Of a DNA stretch of 64,000 bases, positions 1 through 12,269 are shown piece after piece; positions within the stretch are counted from its first letter, which is position 1, and each line of letters opens with the position of its first letter. The notes beneath the pieces are model-generated. The model saw only the letters and a program-made list of their open reading frames with translations, made no database searches and was not told where the DNA came from. The DNA is from Tubiluchus corallicola (Eukaryota; Animalia; Priapulida), in contig JAQGDQ010000048.1 of assembly GCA_030141605.1 (NCBI GenBank), positions 62,001 to 126,000 on the forward strand, in the 5' to 3' direction. Both the position numbers and the translations under genes were made by a program.

Positions 1-481
1 TTAAAAGGTGACATAATATTTCATTGTTGAAATTGAAATATGTCTTGTCTTCTGTTATCATCATCATCGTTGTCGTCGTCGTCGTCATCATCATCATCAT
101 CATCATCATCACCATCATCATCATGCCATTAATATCATTACTGTTATACAAAAAAATCTTGCCAGTTAGCAGTTCATGTTATAGTATCATAATTGTCATT
201 TGCTTGTTAACCACAGTCCTTGTCCACATTGTTAACCACATTCGCTATCATTTGGTATAACGATTGTTATCTGTAAAATTAAAAAAGTACGGACGCGTAC
301 AAACAGCACATCGGATTATTTTAAAACTTTAATGGACCTATATAAACAACGTTGAAACATGTCGAAAGAATGACTTACAAAAATATTTTTACTTGTCTCT
401 TAGGCGCAGACCTCGACCTGCTAAATTCTTAATAATTTAATAAAATCATAAAAATTCCTAGTCCTTTGTTATAACTTCTAG

Positions 482-673
482 GTGTGGAAGTGCGAGTTTT
501 GTGAAGAGATCTATCCGCGATCACTCCACGTTAAACAATTTCCGACACACCCGGATGTCGTGTATACGCTGGAGAAACGTCCAATCCCAAAACCCGGTTT
601 ACCTTCAACCTCATCATCCAGCATGGTTCTCTTCTGCATTGATATCTCTGGTAGCATGTGTGTAACATCGGAG
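482..673 (+). CDS. CPRas1-like exon (Zn-finger CxxC, start of vWA)
   Basis: ag at 480-481, gt at 674; VWKCEFC...MVLFCIDISGSMCVTSE. Confidence 0.9.
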
Positions 674-3600
674 GTACAATAATTTTTTAACTATTCTATT
701 TGATATTTAAAACATAATATAACGTATAAAGATTACTTGCACATTAAATTATTATCTATAAATGTTTGGAATACGTTTGTAAAAGGTCTATGTCGCCTAT
801 AATTTTAGTAATGCAAACTGTATGTATGAACACTAAAACAGTATCTATAAAATATCTAAGTATTGGTTCATAAAAATACAAAATATGCAAAATCAGTTCT
901 AAACTTTGCAGTTTTATAAATACTTAAAAGCTTAAATATCTTGAATATTATAAACTATAGATATTTTATAGATAATATTTAGTGTTCATGCAAAATTTAT
1001 GTTACAAAAACTATAGTCGACGCAAACCTTATACAAATGAATTCCGGTTATTTTATATCATTCAATATGCACTTAATATTTATATTAAAGAAACTTCAGT
1101 TGAAAATTGTATGCATAAAAACCCGAAACGTTCTGATCTTAAGGTAGATTAATTACGTGCAATAAAATTCTTATTTTATAAACAATCTATGTAGCTTAAT
1201 TGCCGATTAAATTTCGCAAGCACTGTAAACATTTGCAGCTTAAAATGTTTTCACACAATCGAGATACAGAAACTACAAAAACAAACACTAGAAACCCAGC
1301 TAACAGACTATATTTTTAAATTAATTGAGCAACGTTTATCCGGATGTTTCTTAATAAGGAAACTCGAGCCTATTTTGAGAACAATTTCCGGGCATCGTTT
1401 TTTCGCACTGAATTTTTGCATACTTGATTAATTTTCCAGGTGCAACAAACCGAGGCGAAGACAGGCGAACCTAGTAAGCTCTTGTATATATCCAGATTAG
1501 AATCGGTCAAAGCAGCTGTTGAAGAACAGTTAGAGTTGTTGGTGGCCAAAAACCCTGCGACCAGAGTGGCCCTTATAGTATTTAATAACGAGGTAAGCCT
1601 ACGTGTCTAACTTGTGATCCAGATAAATAAAAATCAGGGTGACAGTTTTCCAGTGAATAACTCTTTTCATGAATCCAAAAACTTAATAGTTTTCAACTTT
1701 GTGAATCTTTTGAGTATTACACACGGAAAATAGGAACGTAATTTCTAAGTTGCATTTACTTCATTTACCTTAGGTCTCTGTTATTGGGACTGGCAGTGTG
1801 GTGAAGATAAACCGCGAATGTCTCATGGATGCTGATATGTTGTTCAGCTTAGGCTGCAGCTTAGATGTACCAGAACAAATATCTGTATGCATGAATCGAC
1901 TAAAGACCGAAATTGGCTTGTAAGAGATTTATTGCACTCTAATAATTTTTGTGGTTGAACTTTTAATTGTGGAAGCCATTCCACGGGTTCAGAAATTTCT
2001 TTTTGAGCACTTCACTGAACAAAAAGAATCACCAACCACAGCCGTCAATCCGAGCATTCCTTAGAACCCACTGCTTGAACAGCACTTGCTGAATGATAGC
2101 TACGCAAATTATTTGATAAAAGGCAGATGTCAAAATATAAATGTATCATTAACAACATCTTCAGAAAAGTACTGGTAACATGTTTGACTTGTTTGGTAGC
2201 TTAAAAGATACTGGTGGCACAGCATTGGGACCAGCGATGATGGTAGCCGTAGGTTTGGCATCGCAGATTCCAGGGACAAAAATTGTTTTGTGCACAGACG
2301 GCATGGCTAATGTTGGAGTGGGCTGCCTTGAGACAGATGTACCAGAGGAACTGGAAGAAGCGTCAAGGTTCTATCGCTTTGCGGCAGATTACGCCAAACA
2401 AAACTGGTAGGTATATCTTCTGAAAGCCACTGTTAGTTATAAATAGGCAAATGCTGTTGATCATGCTGTTGTTTATCCTCATCATGTCTGGAGCTGAATT
2501 GATTTTCTTCTATACAGTTTGGCATTCTGCAAGTATTCGAGCAATAGCTAGGGACAGATACGGCATTATCGTTTTCAAGCAGCTGTCCATCCATTTGCCG
2601 ACCAAACTCGGCGCTTCTCAACTATGCATCCACCTACACACTGTGACCATTTAGGTTCATGGTGATGATGACCATGATGATAAGACGTGATAATGACAAT
2701 GACAGCTTAACTATTGTCTGTATTTTGTTTGGTAATGATACGAAAGATGATAATGGCGAAAAAAACAAAAACGACATAAAGTAACAAGTTTGATAATGAC
2801 TGTGATAACGACGATGATGGCAAAGACAACGTTATTGGTTAAGCGCTGTAAGATTTCTAATCACTACGAAACTTCTGTTTTTTAGCTCTTCAATTTCAGT
2901 GCTCACCATAAAAGGCACAGACTGCAAGTTAGCAGAGTTGGGCAAGGTTGCAAGTCTAACGGGCGGACAGGTATGAAACAAAAAGCGTGTTATAAAAAAT
3001 GAGGCAAAACTGCATTCGTGCAAGTCACATAAACTCACAAAACAATAATAAATTAGAAAGCCTGAATATTCAAATCTGTCAACATCTTCTATTGTTTCGC
3101 CCGTAGTCATATATCTATCACTGCTCTGCGTACATTCTGGGCACCATGTATTTCAGTGTGTTCTCCTTACGATTTAGCCTATAATGAAAAGGAACAGAAA
3201 ATCTGACATATAATCATATTACATCCCTGTTTGACTCCAGTTCTAATGTTAAGCCATCATATAGTGACTCCCTTTTCGATAACACAGCTCCGACTATTTT
3301 CTCTGTGCGCTGAAATGAAAGATTTCTTAAAATCGTCAAAATTGACGTATAAAGATAATTGAGTCACTCTATTAATGTTCGGTAATGTTACCCAATGTGA
3401 AGACTTGCCTACTTGTTCCACACCCGTACCTGTGACCGGCTTATTCCACGCCCTGAGCTGCGACCAGCTTATTCCACGTCCAGACCTGTGACCAGCGTCT
3501 TCCTTTCGTAATCTGTTATCAACATCTAGCTTATTTCTGTTTATCGATAACTATCCGTTCTGGGATTTTGCTTAATACTGACAGTAGCGTAATACTATAC

Positions 3601-6600
3601 CAGTTCTGCAGTTCCTTGGCAACTTTACTGTAAGATCTCTTTTCCATCTTTTCGACACTCTTTTCCACCGCCTTACGTCATCTAATAGTAAATGTTTCGC
3701 ACTCCCACTGGGGTTGAACCCAAGCCTTTCCGGGCAGCTGAGCTAGCCGTTACACCGTACACGTACTTTGACTTTTCAGACTCAGAAATTTACGCTCTTT
3801 GAAAGTTACTAGCGGTCTATCAACGAGGAATTACAGCAGTGTGCACTGTATAATAGATATAGCAGAAAATTAGTACTATAAATGTACGAAGGTAATGGTA
3901 AGTTAGAAAATCGTTAAAAACTTTTGCAGTAGCACTGGGACTCGAATAAAGGACCTTTAGCATCCCTAGAAGCTATGCAAACCATTACCACAGAGGTACT
4001 CTGACTTTTCAGACTCGCACATTCTTTCAGACAGAAAAGTATAATACATTTTGAGCAAGTTCTTTTAAGATTTTATACATTAAAATCCGCTATAGCCAGG
4101 CAATCGTTCAGCGTTACCTCTTTTAAGACACTTTCTCCTTTTTTGCAGGTAAACATCGTAGATCCGTTAAATATATCATCTGAATTTAACTCCATTATTA
4201 CCACCGACATCATAGCTTTCAACGTGTCCGTGAAATTACTAGTTGATAATCGAATGTGAGTATACTTGCTTTATCGATTAAAGCAATAATTATAATATCT
4301 TTCCATTTTTACAAACAATAATGTTTGAGCAGAAATAACGGAGTATTGATACGACCATATTACGTAATTAAATTCCGAGTTCAAAAAACGTAAAGGGTGT
4401 TTGTTCGATTTTGTCAAAATGTTTTTTCTCAGGGAATTCAGTACACGGCAGCACTATCTTACTGAAGATGTAGGAAATGTGAATGAAAACTCGTCCTCGA
4501 CTCACGAATTTCGATATTGTGGAAAGGCTAGTTCTGCAGCTAATGCGGAAGGTGAGAAGTGTGACTCATACTGAGCAGTTATAAGTTTAATGGCTTAATT
4601 GGCTGTTTAATGGCTGTTACAGTCTATCGTGATATTCTAAAATTCTATACATATGTCACATCGAATTAATTGCTGTTTAAGATTAATCAGCCTAGCATAA
4701 ATTTTTATAAACTATGTTGATTCTGTAAGTGTTTCTGTTCTTATTTGCACAAAAGATAAGCGTCCTCGTCAGATTCCTTTTCAATTACAAATACGTTACA
4801 CCAGTAGGACGGGTGCTAAGCTACTGAGGATCATTACGAAGGTGTTGCCGGTTACTAATGATAAAAAGTTTGCGGAAATCAGTAAGTATAATCCTTTATT
4901 TAGTTAATAGCTTTGATAGTTTGTTAGCGTTTTCAAATTTTCACCACACTGCAGCAGTCATCGTGGAACTATTTATCAACAAAAGCTGAATTTATAAGTA
5001 GCTGATTTCGCTAACTTAGCGCTAAGTTTATTTTTTACAGCTATAATTTGTTTGTTAGTCTGCTTGCCTGCTCCGATATTAATTCGGTTGTTTATTCATC
5101 CTTTCATTTTGTTTAATCATACGTTTGATTAATTCTTGCCCGTTTATTTTTGTGTCCATTTTTCTTTAGTCGCTCCTTTGTTCTTTTACTAACAGACCTC
5201 TACTCTCTTGCAATGTAGAGTATATGATAATCTACAACATTATGGTGCATATAGTTATAGTACTAAAATCCCTTTTTCTCGGAAATGTTCACTCTCCCGA
5301 AGAAATAATCTTATCTCAAACGAAACCTTACGTATAGTACTCCTCAATTTCAGGATGCAGTTTAAAGGAAGACAGGATGATTTTTCATATACTACCCCAT
5401 TTTCAAGTCCGATAAAAAGTATACATTTTAACACAATTAATACTGCAAAAGCATTTCTGATCAATAAATAATTAATTAAAATCTTAATTAACGGCGGGCG
5501 AGCCCAACCATTGATGACATCACAAACTAATATAATTTTCAACAGCAAAAATATTCTACGAGCTGTTGCCCTTGTTTGCGAAAGCGAAAATTGAAGTACA
5601 GTGCTACTGTAAGATATTCAGTATGTTGTAGTAAAATTAGGCAAGTTTTAAGATAAAAATTCAAATTTCAAACGCATGAGCTGTCGAACGTGTGTAGTTC
5701 GTAAAAAACTAACACATCTGAATTGAGAAGTACAGCACCTATTTTTGTGTAATGCGTTTTCGAAATGTAAGCACTAGTGCCCGTCTAACTAGCAAATGGC
5801 GATATGCATGTAACTACTAGTTAAGAACTAGTGGCGCGAACGCGAAAATTGTGTTTATGTGGTATTAATTCTTTCACGTAAGTCATTTTTGAAAAAATAG
5901 TATGTTCCCGTTCAATATTTTAAAGAGTAGATTGTTTTGACCTACAGTTTAACATTAGGTCCGGTTTGGCTTTAAAATTTGGATCGAATAATTTCCGCTT
6001 CTTCTTCTTCACAGTTCAACTGCGTTGTATTGGGAGGCATTTTTATGTACAATAACAAAAATCAGTTTACATTTTCACTACTTTATAATAAAAATTTTCT
6101 TAATATGTTTGTCTCCTTGCTATCAGAATGAACATAAAGCACACATTATCCTACGCATGTTCTGTATTTTATTCAAATATTTCTAACCATTATCACAGAT
6201 TCGTATGACCTAAAACTCAATAATGAAAGAAAGGTTTTTATTTTACCACTTCTGAATTACTTCACGTTTTACACGTTGCGCTTACTAACCCCCCCCCCCT
6301 CCCCTATGTCCAACGCGCCTCAGTTATCCCTTAAAGCGCTGACAGAAAAATTTAATTACAGCTAACAAAACACAGAGAAATGTGAGCCATAATAATAATA
6401 TACATATTTGTTAAATTCTGTGTTTTGGCTTAACAAACTGCATTTTGGAACTTGTAAAAAGAAGCGCAATGGAAAACTTTCCCACGTCTCCATCTTGCTA
6501 GGTTAACGCAACCCCATTTAATTAATGGCTTCTTTGATTGTCGAAGATTCGACAGTTTTTATACAATTTGTGTACAGTGCAACCCGGAATCCGGCATTCA

Positions 6601-8944
6601 TTAGCAGGGTCTAAACATCGCTGTTTACAACCTGATTCCAAGACTAACCCTCCCAGATGAGCTACTGAACCGCAAGGTAAATAGCCAGAATCAGTATCAC
6701 AAAACCGCACAGGGCAAGCAACAAGTTGAACCGCCTGGTCTTTTGGTTAACTTCGTTCGGGAAGTACATGCTGTGACTACTAGTTGCCTCAAGTGTGCGA
6801 AACGCGCAAGTATATAAAGAGATAAACCAGCTTTTTTGTATCACGCTAGTCAGTAGTGAATTTTGACAGCAAGTGTCTACCAGGGTGTCAGTGAATCTTT
6901 AACTTCGTTTGGGAAGTAAATGCTGTGACTGCTAGCCTTTGTTAAAAATCACGTCACAACAAACCCGCTTAACTCCATGAGAGATGTTATAGCTTATAGG
7001 ACGTTTTTTTTTCAAAAATTGTAATTAAAACATTTTTTCGCATTTCATTCTAGAGATGAACGTGAGGCTAATGTCATGCCATGCAACAAAGAAATCAGCT
7101 GATTTAGCTTTGAATGGATTATATTCACAAGCGAAGGCGACAACTGAATTTTTCAACCAACTAATAAAAAGTCACTGGTAAATAACAGAAAATATAAATT
7201 ACTCTACCTAAAAAATAATAAGCGAAATAACGACGTATTAAACTCACAATTAATTAAATTTTGATACCAAATTTGAGCGACAGGAAATGTCAAAAAGTTA
7301 TAAGTGACTAACTTTGGATGCCTTGACCACTGGAGATGTGGTAATCGGTAGTTAAGGCGTCTGCAACGTAAGGAGAAGGTCCTTGCTTCAAACTCAAGAA
7401 GCATCACAAATTTTTCGCATTTCCTGTCTTTCAAGTTTTTGTTTCGAAATTTAATTAATTGTAGGTTTGCAACAATATTAATAATAATCTTGACATTAAG
7501 GTCGTGATTAAAATTTCACAATTGCAAATTTTTATAACATGAAATAGAAAGTTTGTATAACAAAATTTAAGTAAAAGTCATTTTGAATTTGAAAACGTAA
7601 AAGCTTAAAATGGTCGTTGTACTGTTCCAGTGCCCATAATGAAGAAAACGAGAGCATTTACGAAGAATTCGAACAAAATATGAAACCGTTGGCACAGCAA
7701 CTAGCGAGATTAGAAGTGAGTTTTTCTCACAACCATTGTAGTTTATACTGTAAGCTTCTAAAACTGGAATTATATACTCCTAAGATATCACAAAATAGCA
7801 AAAGTAGAATGAAGTAGTCTATAATGACTTGTTGCTACAGTGATTCCTTACGTCCTTTTCCCATCCTCACTGGACCCACTTTCCAAGAATGGAACCTATG
7901 TGGCCAGCCCTGCCACGTCGTCACCGTTGTTGTGGAAATAATCAGAAAAGACTACAGCTCCATTATTTTTCCGAAAGAATGGGTCTAAGCGATTTATGAT
8001 AGGTTCTTATTTTATTGTTCATGTGTTTCTTCGTTCGTTCCGTCCTTCTTCCTTATCTTTTTTCTTTCTTTCTCCTTTTTCTTTTCTTTATTCCTCCCTT
8101 CCGACTCTTTCTCTCTCTCTTTCTCTGCTACGTACTGTTTTTACTTTCGTACCATTTTTCTTACTCTATTCAAGTCTACTTGTTCCCTAACTTGTTTATT
8201 TACTTTTATTTCCTAACATTTATTGTTTTTTTAAACCCGTTTTTTTCTCTATAGAATGCGAGTAGTAGTCAAGCAAGTATAGACAGTTGTAGCTCCTCTG
8301 ACTGGGGCGAACCTTTGTACGACGATTTAACTAATTATGAAGACTTAAAAGGGAAGTCAAAGAAGAAATTGTTTGATTTTCCTAAGGTAAGCAACACGAT
8401 ACTAATATTAAATATGTATTCCTAAATTAAACAACTATAAGAGTTTTATTATTTTGCTTTCTGTCTAAAAACCTAACTCGAACGTTTAGTTTAAACGCAT
8501 TACCTTTTTTATAAATTGTAAACTACTGTAATAATTCTTCTAATAATCACCACCCAGCAGTTTAGTTATCTAAGTTAGCTGTAGCCTTTAGAATGCAGAA
8601 AAAATGGTCACGGATTAAAAAATAAACAAGTTCATCTTATTATTATATTATGTTATGTCTGTGATGCCATGTCATATCATATCATATTATATTATATGCC
8701 TATTTCTATCCTGTTCTAACCTATTCTATTCTATGTTTTTTATTCCGTTCTGCTTTGTTCTATAAATTATTATTATGGTTAACAGCTGTTGTTGAGAAAA
8801 TCAAAAGACAAGAAGAAAAACGTAACACGGCAGCCCCATCTATCGGACGAAGCAGCAAACGTGTTCTTCCAGGCACACCAGCGCAATACCATGGGCAAAA
8901 AAGAATCACAGAGAATGTTGAAGATTTTGAATACAAGTCAATGA
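482..8944 (+). CDS. Circularly permutated Ras protein 1-like (Sec23/24-type Zn-finger half + vWA domain) gene, 5'-truncated by the window edge; 12 exons, 544 aa visible
   Basis: Exons 482-673, 1440-1592, 1774-1919, 2200-2406, 2886-2970, 4149-4255, 4433-4551, 4756-4881, 7054-7177, 7631-7715, 8255-8386, 8786-8944 all have AG/GT borders and join in one frame to TGA 8942-8944. Motifs: WKCEFC (second CxxC of the Sec23/24-type finger), VLFCIDISGSM (MIDAS), YISRLESVKAAV, RVALIVFNNEV, GGTALGPA, IVLCTDGMANVGVG, IPFQLQIRYT, C-terminal SDEAANVFFQ. No Ras domain in the window. Family assignment from motif recall. Confidence 0.85.
730..1080. mobile_element. Degenerate foldback/MITE-like inverted repeat in intron
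   Basis: atgaacactaaaacagtatctataaaatatcta (about 827-859) is the reverse complement of tagatattttatagataatatttagtgttcat (about 958-989); pairing continues outward with mismatches. Confidence 0.6.
1440..1592 (+). CDS. CPRas1-like exon (vWA)
   Basis: ttccag acceptor, gtaagc donor; VQQTE...YISRLESVKAAVEEQL...RVALIVFNNE; not in ORF track. Confidence 0.9.
1774..1919 (+). CDS. CPRas1-like exon (vWA)
   Basis: ccttag acceptor, gtaaga donor; VSVIGTG...LKTEIG, phase 0 to 2. Confidence 0.85.
2200..2406 (+). CDS. CPRas1-like exon (vWA core)
   Basis: LKDTGGTALGPAM...KIVLCTDGMANVGVG; phase 2 to 2. Confidence 0.9.
2886..2970 (+). CDS. CPRas1-like exon
   Basis: ttttag acceptor, gtatga donor; SSISVLTIKGTDCKLAELGKVASLTGGQ. 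Confidence 0.9.
3425..3500. repeat. About 27-bp minisatellite, 2.5 copies
   Basis: cctgtgaccggcttattccacg / gctgcgaccagcttattccacg / cctgtgaccagc. Confidence 0.7.
3690..4022 (-). mobile_element. Two degenerate tRNA-like (SINE-type) repeat units
   Basis: Both share tgacttttcagactc; on the minus strand each has an A-box-like (ggtgtaacggcta / gtggtaatggt) and a B-box-like (ggttcaaccc / attcgagtcc) motif; a related unit on + at about 7335-7415; no intact cloverleaf. Confidence 0.45.
4149..4255 (+). CDS. CPRas1-like exon
   Basis: ttgcag acceptor, gtgagt donor; VNIVDPLNISSEFNSIITTDIIAFNVSVKLLV. Confidence 0.9.
4433..4551 (+). CDS. CPRas1-like exon
   Basis: tctcag acceptor, gtgaga donor; EFSTRQHYLTEDVGNVNENSSSTHEFRY. 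Confidence 0.85.
4756..4881 (+). CDS. CPRas1-like exon
   Basis: aaag acceptor required by phase, gtaagt donor; KRPRQIPFQLQIRYTSRTGAKLLRIITKVLPVTND. Confidence 0.85.
7054..7177 (+). CDS. CPRas1-like exon (helical region)
   Basis: ttctag acceptor, gtaaat donor; MNVRLMSCHATKKSADLALNGLYSQAK. Confidence 0.85.
7631..7715 (+). CDS. CPRas1-like exon
   Basis: ttccag acceptor, gtgagt donor; AHNEENESIYEEFEQNMKPLAQQLARLE. Confidence 0.8.
8255..8386 (+). CDS. CPRas1-like exon
   Basis: long pyrimidine tract then ctatag, gtaagc donor; NASSSQ...WGEPLYDDLTNYEDLKGKSKKKLFDFPK. Confidence 0.75.
8786..8944 (+). CDS. CPRas1-like last coding exon
   Basis: aacag acceptor; phase-0 frame LLLRKSKDKKKNVTRQPHLSDEAANVFFQ...TSQ-stop, a different frame from the ORF-track call 8755..8985. 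Confidence 0.75.
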   Translation: MLLRKSKDKKKNVTRQPHLSDEAANVFFQAHQRNTMGKKESQRMLKILNTSQ

Positions 8945-9004
8945 GAACCAGAGATTCTTTAACTTTGTATGAAACTGATGTCTAAACCACAATTTAAACC
9001 ACTT

Positions 9005-9007
<3 letters not shown>

Positions 9008-9082
<75 letters not shown>
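9008..9082. repeat. (TA)n microsatellite in the 3'UTR
   Basis: perfect TA run. Confidence 0.98.
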
Positions 9083-9084
<2 letters not shown>

Positions 9085-9814
9085 AAAGTCTATTGTTTTT
9101 GGACATTACTTTCATAACTAAGACAGACAGTGCACTTACAAAAGACCAGATATTGTGAATATAGCGAATGAATTATGTAGAAAATATAATGCTATCATGG
9201 TGAATGACAAGGTAACATAATACTATGTAAAAAGATACCTTAGTCAGACTCCATCGAAGTTATACTGGAGAGAAATATTATTGTACGCTGTAATGGCTAT
9301 TGAGACATAAGCTCTTTTGCGGTTTTCTGTTCTAAAAAAGCATGTGTCGTAATGGGTTTCGCAATGCTTAGAACTGGCGCTGACAAACTGCTCCAATTTT
9401 TACCCTGAAATGTGTAAAATGGGCGCACACGATGCAAAATCTGTCTGTGACAATTTCTTTATCTCGGATTTTTGCTCGTCAACGGGGTTGATAAACGCAG
9501 TTTTACCAACTGTTGCTCACAGATTTTCATTAAACGTACTTAGTTTTCTGTCTCAGAGAACTATTCTTGCTCTCGTGTGCGGGCTAATTGCAGAATATTA
9601 TATCAGACAAAACCAGATCAAGCCAGTAAGACGCAATCGTTTAGCCACGGTTTGCGCCACACAATTTGTTGCTGATGGGTTTTTTTTGTACAGTGTACAA
9701 CAATATTTTTAAATAAACTACAGCTATATCCGAGATAAGCAGACTACTTGTATGCCAGATACAACTTGTTTTATATGAATTTGTATTTTTGTACCAAGTA
9801 TACATAAGAAATGA

Positions 9815-9820
9815 AATAAA
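9815..9820 (+). terminator. Candidate polyadenylation signal of the CPRas1-like gene
   Basis: AATAAA about 870 nt after the stop, followed by T/GT-rich sequence; another AATAAA lies near 9712. Confidence 0.4.
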
Positions 9821-11194
9821 ATGTTTTACGGATATAAATTATTCAGCATGGTTTTATTATTTTGATTGGATTGAATTGATTAAAGTGATTTTTTTAAATA
9901 CTTGTATTACTACCTACAGCTTATGACGTCAGGCGGCCGTAAATGCAAACAAAATGTAATGTGCGGGAACAGATGTTGCAACAATTGATTGATCTATTCT
10001 ATCTCGTTGAAAGAGCAATTACTATCTGGTCAAAAAAGCAGCAAGTTTAGCAACAACATCATTTACTACAACTGATCGTGGTATTTGAGCAACATCTCAA
10101 CATCAGATGTGTTACGATTTTTGTAACGTGGTTATTATATCATAGTTACTGAATAAATTGCAGATTCAACTAAATCAAAAAAGAACATACGCAACATTTC
10201 AGTTCTCACTGTTTACTCATTTCAGGAAAATGGGAAGAAAAAGCACGTGAGATCACTTAGCACGCTTATATAAAGGTTACGCAATCACAGTTACTACGTG
10301 CTAGGACCGCAAACTACCACGTAGCATAATAAAATAACGAAAACCAACACGAGATTACAACTGCATAATAAACAATTCTAATCTATTAATGTAAGGTACT
10401 AATTTAACATTAAAAGAAACAGGCTTGTCTCTAAATAGTAAATTATGCAATCTAGTTGATCTGCATTCAAGTAGCGCCCTTCCTCAATGTGCCTGATGTT
10501 ACAACACACAAATAACTTCCCATATAATGTTCCATAAACACACAGGACAAAGCGAGTGTTCCAGCAGATTAACTAATAACTAACTGCTACCACTACGCTA
10601 TCACCAATCCAAATCGTGTCAATGTTCCATAGGCCACATTAACACTTCAGAACAAGTTCAGAACACCAATAATAAATCAGGGATGACGCAGCAGAAAACG
10701 CAAACAATCTAATTAGGCAATACTAACAGTACCTAAATCCTCATCATTAGACAATAACTACAATAATATAATAAGAGCTATTAGTACACAATATTAGTCA
10801 TTAATTCTAATTCGCTGAAAAATGAATACCAGCTTTTAGGCACTTTTCGCAAGATATTTAACTACTGAGTTATCTAGCACCACCATTTTCGAAATTACAA
10901 CCTATACGCTCAACTGAAAAGAGAATGCACAGTTTGACCGAGTGGGCAGATTGATTCCAACTATTTTAAAGCATATTTAAATCAGATGACTGAGCTATAA
11001 AGTTGCGCATTATTTCTATAATTTGCTTGTCTTTCTCTTGCTCATCGATGGTATTACGTAACCTCATAGCCTAACTCGGGTAACATTAACTGGAGTACAT
11101 AGTGTGACTACCAGAGATTGTACAGTTTGTAAATTCTTGAATAAACCGATTGGTATTTGATAAACTTCACGTGTCATTTTCTCAATATAGCATG

Positions 11195-11660
11195 TAAACC
11201 ACACATAATGTTTAAACTTTTATTACAAGAAAAACGACGTTTCGTTTACTGGTAACAAACGTCTTCGGGTTATGGAGAGTAAAACAAGTTCGGACTTCGA
11301 AGCATTGTGTTACTCGCTTATTGAGTTTTTGTTGTATAACTGCCTGGATAACTGCCGTTCAGAACACCATTTGGCATTGTCGTGCAATTACTCTATTGTG
11401 ACGTCACAACATAAAAACTTGTTGCACTACAAACAACGGAAACGAAAACCATATCATCTTCAATGCGAAACATATTATATGTTTATAAGGTTACATGACA
11501 AGCGAGTAATACTAAAATTTAGAATGATTCAAACAAAAATTTATGAATGTCTGCTCTGTTATCACTCTAAATTGTTACACTCGCAAAATAGCGTGGAGGA
11601 GTTTGCTCCCAGTAAATGAAACGTCGTTTCTCTTGTATTTAAACATTACTTGCGGATTAT
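11195..11660. mobile_element. Inverted repeat carrying degenerate hammerhead-like cores; probable Penelope-like element relic
   Basis: 11224-11260 is the near reverse complement of 11601-11637; minus strand reads ccgaagac-gtttg-ttaccag-taaac-gaaacgtcg. Confidence 0.5.
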
Positions 11661-12269
11661 TCATATTATACTGATATAATGTCATATTACGTCCAGCTTT
11701 TAAAAGCCACATTAGATCACTAATTTTTTCAAAGCAATCATGGCAATGGTATCATGTAGCACACCTAGTTACACTTGCCATTTGAAGGCCTATGAAAATA
11801 TTGACAATAAATGTTAAGTACAGCTGCTACAGCGATGATTGCAAGAAGCTGTTTCGATTTCGATGAATCTAGTCCTTCCAATAGCGAAGCAATTTTCTCT
11901 ACTGGTATGTGGCTTCTGCTCTGAACAAATATCATTACTGAGCCATATGAATACGTTAGTGTGTTGTTTCTAGAACAGTGTATATTATCCACAGCGAAAT
12001 AATTTATTTCCCAGATTAAACAAGGAGGGGGAAAAGAAGAAAAGGAGTACGATTTGGTGATGGTAAGGGAAGAGAAAAAGAAATGAGAAGGGGGAGAGGA
12101 CGATGATGACAGCCAAGAACGTTACTGATGGTCATGAAATATTTAGTTTAGACAAACGTATCTGCGTGTCTTGCAAAAATGGTTTAACAGTTTTCTCAGC
12201 AGTACATATTTGTATTGATAGCGTTTATTATGAAACAACTGAATGAAAAATTACTGTTTTAGCTCAATA

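Noticed and set aside
24-260. Hydrophobic 78-aa ORF
   Set aside because: Produced by (ATC)n/(GTC)n repeats in an intron
3690-4022. Functional tRNA genes
   Set aside because: Acceptor and anticodon stems do not close; only degenerate boxes remain
6522-6935. Cys-containing minus-strand ORFs and a 37-bp direct repeat (6747-6783, 6899-6935)
   Set aside because: No domain or consistent splice structure recognised; probably repeat-derived intron sequence
8755-8985. ORF-track 76-aa ORF as the last exon of gene 1
   Set aside because: Wrong frame; the phase-0 splice at 8786 uses another frame that carries the family-like SDEAA motif and stops at 8944
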